Positions 59,846 to 64,000 of a DNA stretch of 64,000 nt are shown one piece after another. The stretch spans positions 352,001 to 416,000 of the forward strand of contig CAVZDU010000003.1 in the NCBI GenBank assembly GCA_963774265.1. Direction: 5' to 3'. Source of the stretch: an uncultured Chloroflexia bacterium. GTDB lineage: Bacteria > Chloroflexota > Anaerolineae > CG2-30-64-16. The translations under genes were made by a program, and so were the position numbers. The number at the start of each line of letters is the position of its first letter. Positions within the stretch are counted from its first letter, which is position 1. Below the pieces are notes generated by a model. That model made no database searches. It was not told the DNA's origin and worked only from the letters and a program-made list of their open reading frames with translations.

Positions 59846-62674
59846 TTATTTGTCGACCAGGTGTACTTCATAGAATTGCGCGGCCATGCGCGGCTCGCTC
59901 AATGGCAGCCCCCAGGACACCTGCACCGGCCGCACGGCATCCGAGCCTTCCTGGGGCGTGACCCAGGAGGTGCTTGTGGCGCCGCCTGACACGCCGACCA
60001 CTGCGATGAACGCGTGGCCCCAGCGGAAATGCCCGCTCAGATCGGCGGTCAGCCCCAGCGAGCGCAGCGCGTCCAGCGCCGGACCTTCCAGGTGCAGCGA
60101 CGCCTCATCGCGCACCGCACCGGCCACCACCATTCCCGGTGGCTGCGCGGCCACCCATTTGGCCAGGTGTGCGCTTGCCACGGGGTCCGCGTGCGTATCG
60201 AAATTCGCAGCTGCCAGCAGGTTGCCTGCGGCATCGAGGCTGACCAGGTTGTAGCCCCGCTGGTTCGGTGAAACATCGCGGCCGTTCAGATAGATGTGGC
60301 CGAAGTCGCCGGCTTCCTGGCCCGCGCTGCGCACCAGGAGGCCCACCGGCCCCGCGCGGCTCAGCCGAGGCGCGAGCTCGTCGACGCTGAGCGTCCGGCT
60401 GAACCGTAGCCGCACCTCGCTGAGCGCGCCGCGCCGGGCATTGGCGGGCACGTCGAAGCTCACCCAGCCGGGAGCCATCGATAGAGGCTGTTCGCCGAGC
60501 ACTTCTCCATCGACCAGGACGCGCAGCCGCTGATCGGGGACCAGCGCGGCCGCGCGGAACCGGAGCACCGTCGCGCCGAGACCGACCGGCAGCAGCAGCC
60601 GCACCTCTTTCCGCTGTGCGATCACTCCCTCGTCCTCCGGGTTCTCCGTGTCCCCGGTGGCGCCTTCGTTCCCCGGCGGGCTCCAGCCCTCGCCGAGCGC
60701 GATGCGCCCCCCATCTGTGGCCAGGCGATAGGTCGTGGGCGCCGGCAGGTCCTGGGCCACCCGGTACAGCGCCAGGTCGCCCTCTTCGGCCACCAAGCTG
60801 AGGGGCAGCAGGTCCCGCGCCGCGGCCTCTGTCTCCGGCATCAATTTGTCCCGGTGCACCATCACATACCGGATGTTGTTGAAGGCCGCCCAGGCTGCGG
60901 CCTGGTCGCGGTCCGCCGCGGTCACCGGGGAGGCCGCCAGCGCGGCACGCAGGGCAGCATGCTGGGGCACGTCCGCCGCGTTCGTCATGGCGATCAGCCG
61001 CGCCAGCGACGGCTGCTCGCTGAAATACTGGAATTTGAACTCCGGATTGCGTGACGTGTTGCCTCCCAACACCCGCTTCCCGTGCGTCGTCTGATACCAC
61101 AGCTGCTGCATGATCAGCACATCTTGCTTGCCCGCCACCCGCGCGCCGTTCCGCCACCCCAGGGGCAGCTCCAGCAGTGCGAAATCTCCCGCCTCCTGGG
61201 CCACCCGCTCGTAAAGCGCGGGCACGCGCAGATCGGAGATGGGCAGCGGCGCGGACAGGTGCTCGAACAGCATCAGCGCCAATAATGCGGATGCGAGCAC
61301 GGGCAGGCCACGCAGCGACGCCCCGTGAACGGGGCCCTCCCGACGCGGTTGCCCGACGCCTCCCAGGGCAGCCAGCGCGCCGCCTGCCACCAGCGGGGCC
61401 AGGCACAGCAGCAGCATCACGGCGTACCGGCTGGGATACCGGTTGCCCTTGAAGAACGGGAGTTGTTCGATGATCCGGAAGGGCAGCGGGATGCCCGTAT
61501 CGGCTCCCGCCACGCGCAGGTTCGGCCCCAGGGTCAGCAGGAAGAAAAGCGCGGCCGCGCCGGCCCAGAGCCAGGTCGCGCGCCTGCGGCGTCCCCGCCA
61601 CACGCCTGCAACGGCCAGCCCCACGGCCACATAGCCCACGTAAATGTGCTGCCCCTTGTCGATCGCAAACTGGCGCCCATCGGCCTGCAGGCTGATCTCA
61701 TCCGACCAGCCCCGCACGATCCCCCCGAGCAGCGGGTGCAGCTGCGTCGGGACCGCATATCCGGCCAGGTCCGCGGAGAAGATATCCGCGAATCCCCCGC
61801 CCGAGGTGAAGAAATCGCCTTCCGCGGCGAGGTCCGGCAGCATGTTCGCCAGGACAGGCGCAAGGCCCACGGCAAACAGTGCGGCCATCACCGCAAACCG
61901 ACCCAAGAGCGGCAGGAACCTGGACCGCATCCCCCACAGGAAGGCCAGGACCGCGAAGATCACCAGGAACGACGCATAGGTCAGCTCGGCATATGCCTGC
62001 AGGACCAGGAAGAGCGCGGCCAGCGCGGCGTCCCGGGCGGTTCCAGCCGGCCGCGCCGCGCGCCAGATGTAGAGCGCTGCGAACGGCGCCCACTGGGAGC
62101 TGGCAATGTTGCCCTGTCCGAGGGCCGCATAGAACAGCTTGGCGGACGCGAAGGCGTACAGCGCACCGCCTACGAAGGCGGCGGCCTCGACCCCGCGTCG
62201 ACCTGGCCCAGCCAGCCGGTCCGGCCCGGTCCCCCCCAGGAACTCACGGGCCAGCAGGTATCCGCCCAACCCGCTCAGGACGAACGACGACAGCAGCAGC
62301 ACGTTGTAGGCGGGGATCAGCCCGAAGACCGCCTGGAGGGGGACGCTCAGCATGCCGTTGAGGACCGTCAGCGTGTAGAACGCCAGGTTGATGCCCACGG
62401 GCCAAAACTGCCACGCGCAGGAGAAAGGGTTCTGCGGCTGGTCGACAAGCGCGTGCTTCACCCACCACAGGTTCCAGGCCAGCGACGGGTCGTCGATGCC
62501 GTCGCCGGGCACGTGGGTCAGGAAACGCGCGGCGAGGGGCCAGGTCAGGGCCAGGCCGAGCACGGTGTAGGCGAGCACGACGGCCGCGACCCGGACTGCC
62601 GGGCGCCCAGGAGCGCGGTCTGCGTGGATGGATGACACGCCGGTGGATATCACCGCGCCATTATGCCACAGCAT
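59846..62674 (-). CDS. polytopic membrane protein (GT-C/YfhO-like) with C-terminal ILEI-like domain
   Basis: LTWPLA, WNLWW, SADL, RYPSRY, YQTTHGK, RGYNLV...FDTH...VRDEAS...FRWGHAFI; start uncertain. Confidence 0.78.
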   Translation of the reverse strand: MLWHNGAVISTGVSSIHADRAPGRPAVRVAAVVLAYTVLGLALTWPLAARFLTHVPGDGIDDPSLAWNLWWVKHALVDQPQNPFSCAWQFWPVGINLAFYTLTVLNGMLSVPLQAVFGLIPAYNVLLLSSFVLSGLGGYLLAREFLGGTGPDRLAGPGRRGVEAAAFVGGALYAFASAKLFYAALGQGNIASSQWAPFAALYIWRAARPAGTARDAALAALFLVLQAYAELTYASFLVIFAVLAFLWGMRSRFLPLLGRFAVMAALFAVGLAPVLANMLPDLAAEGDFFTSGGGFADIFSADLAGYAVPTQLHPLLGGIVRGWSDEISLQADGRQFAIDKGQHIYVGYVAVGLAVAGVWRGRRRRATWLWAGAAALFFLLTLGPNLRVAGADTGIPLPFRIIEQLPFFKGNRYPSRYAVMLLLCLAPLVAGGALAALGGVGQPRREGPVHGASLRGLPVLASALLALMLFEHLSAPLPISDLRVPALYERVAQEAGDFALLELPLGWRNGARVAGKQDVLIMQQLWYQTTHGKRVLGGNTSRNPEFKFQYFSEQPSLARLIAMTNAADVPQHAALRAALAASPVTAADRDQAAAWAAFNNIRYVMVHRDKLMPETEAAARDLLPLSLVAEEGDLALYRVAQDLPAPTTYRLATDGGRIALGEGWSPPGNEGATGDTENPEDEGVIAQRKEVRLLLPVGLGATVLRFRAAALVPDQRLRVLVDGEVLGEQPLSMAPGWVSFDVPANARRGALSEVRLRFSRTLSVDELAPRLSRAGPVGLLVRSAGQEAGDFGHIYLNGRDVSPNQRGYNLVSLDAAGNLLAAANFDTHADPVASAHLAKWVAAQPPGMVVAGAVRDEASLHLEGPALDALRSLGLTADLSGHFRWGHAFIAVVGVSGGATSTSWVTPQEGSDAVRPVQVSWGLPLSEPRMAAQFYEVHLVDK

Positions 62675-62945
62675 GGCACGGGGTTCCAGAGAACGTCCCG
62701 GTGGAGCTTCTCAAGCAGGCACCCGGCACTGGGAACCGTCCCCGTAGGGGACCTCAAAAGGGCCGGGCGTCTTCTTGTGCACTGGAGCACTGGATTTCGG
62801 AGGGATATACCGCACGTCCTCACAAAGCGGTCAGGAGCGGGCAGCAGCGGCTGGTCAGCGGGGATACTGGGCGCGGGGCCAGTCCCCGGGTGTGATACGG
62901 ACGTCCTTGCGCCTAACACACCCGGGGTGCCCTGCCTGGTCGGCC

Positions 62946-64000
62946 CTACTTGGCTTTCAGAGGGATGTTGTCCATTGGGGTGAGGGTGCCATCGATGACG
63001 GTTAGCTCATGGCCACAGGCGGTCGTGAATGCATTGTTGTACGAGTCACCGCTGTAGGCCGCCTGCCAGTAGAACTTGCCCGGGATCAAGGTCCCGTAGC
63101 CGGTGAGCGTCGCAGCTGCACGGGTGGCGCCCGCGTATGTGATCGGGACGATCTCGCTGTAGGGCGAGTTGGGCGAGCCGGGCATGAGCCAGGGATCCTG
63201 GCAGTTCTCATCCTTGAATAGCGTGAAGGTGACCTTGGCCGGGCTGTCGGCCAGGGGGCGGATGCCGGTGATGTGCAAGGTGTCGTGCAGCACCCAGGAC
63301 ATCGCCGTGGTGCCCGAGGCCTTGATTTCGATGCCGCCGCGGTTGATGATGCGGTCCAGCAGCCTGCCGAGGTTGAGCCCCGCTTTGGACTTCGTGACGG
63401 TCGTGGTCCCGCCGATTGCGGTGATCTCGTGGCCACAGCCGGTCTTGAATCCGGGGTTGTTCGGGTCACCGGTGTAGGTCGCCTGCCAGTAGAAGGTGCC
63501 CGAGTAGGGCGCACCCTCGACCGGGGCCGGTATGGGGTAGCCGGTGAGCGTCCGGGCCTTGCCGGTGGAACCCTCATACGTGATCGGGACTGTTTCGGCA
63601 TAGGGCGAGCCCTCCAAGAGCCAGGGCGCCTCGCAGTTCTTATCCTTGAACAGCGTGAAGGTGACCTTGGCCGGGCTGCCGGCCAGTGGGCGGATGTCCT
63701 CGATGGTCAACTCATCATGCAGCACCCAGGACATCGCCGTGGCGCCGCTGGGCGTGGCCGGGCTGTCGGAGTTGGTGATAGTGCAGGTCTTCTCGTCGCC
63801 GGGCAGGAGGGCGACCGCGCCGTCCGGTGTGCAGTCGCCGGACCAGGCGGAGGCCGTGTAACCCGCGGGGCCGGTCTCGCTGACGTCGTACGTGCCGACA
63901 TCGAAGCCGGTGAAGGCATTCCAGGCGACGTCCGTGCTGACCGCGCCATCCGTCACCGCAGCCTGGAAATCACCCGCGGTGGCCGTGCCGCCGTACTTTA
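62946..64000 (-). CDS. surface protein, 3' part: prealbumin/SpaA-like domain plus two repeated Ig-like domains
   Basis: Frame open to the window edge (KYGGTATAGDF...YDVSETGPAGY..WSGDC...CTITN); 2x SGxTAMSWVLHD...VTFTLFKDxNC...YWQAxYxGD. Confidence 0.78.
   Translation of the reverse strand, partial: KYGGTATAGDFQAAVTDGAVSTDVAWNAFTGFDVGTYDVSETGPAGYTASAWSGDCTPDGAVALLPGDEKTCTITNSDSPATPSGATAMSWVLHDELTIEDIRPLAGSPAKVTFTLFKDKNCEAPWLLEGSPYAETVPITYEGSTGKARTLTGYPIPAPVEGAPYSGTFYWQATYTGDPNNPGFKTGCGHEITAIGGTTTVTKSKAGLNLGRLLDRIINRGGIEIKASGTTAMSWVLHDTLHITGIRPLADSPAKVTFTLFKDENCQDPWLMPGSPNSPYSEIVPITYAGATRAAATLTGYGTLIPGKFYWQAAYSGDSYNNAFTTACGHELTVIDGTLTPMDNIPLKAK

Noticed and set aside
62675-62945. Intergenic hairpin ccccgggtgtg/cacacccgggg with gcctaac, as a possible attC or ncRNA
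   Set aside because: No matching GTTRRRY partner and no recognisable RNA family; at most a terminator-like stem
1-64000. tRNA, rRNA, prophage or integrase genes
   Set aside because: None recognised by eye; tRNAscan-SE or Infernal would be needed to exclude small RNAs

Overview
GC-rich bacterial chromosomal window, most likely Chloroflexota (Anaerolineae-like; inferred from gene content). Single-base indels cluster in several genes and probably reflect long-read consensus errors. Core genes: rplU-rpmA-rpmE, tdk, rluD, lspA, a dksA/traR-type gene, and an Ile T-box operon (alaX-like, EEP, type II ileS with a GIHH motif). Also copB-type ATPase, azlCD, SAM-I riboswitch-metY, comF, hpf and a surface-glycosylation locus (GT2 and GT-C genes). 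A complete IS630 with TIRs and a TA duplication splits an ABC ATPase gene. Best novel-system candidate (31.5-42.3 kb): two lipoproteins, a CHAT protease fused to a degenerate SIR2-like domain, a membrane-anchored nSTAND1 NTPase with 16 WD40 repeats, and a convergent C25/caspase-fold peptidase. Six of the WD40 repeats carry Cys-bracketed variable loops of strictly alternating 17 and 10 residues. A second receptor-ATPase pair lies at 56.1-59.8 kb. All family calls come from motif reading, not database searches.
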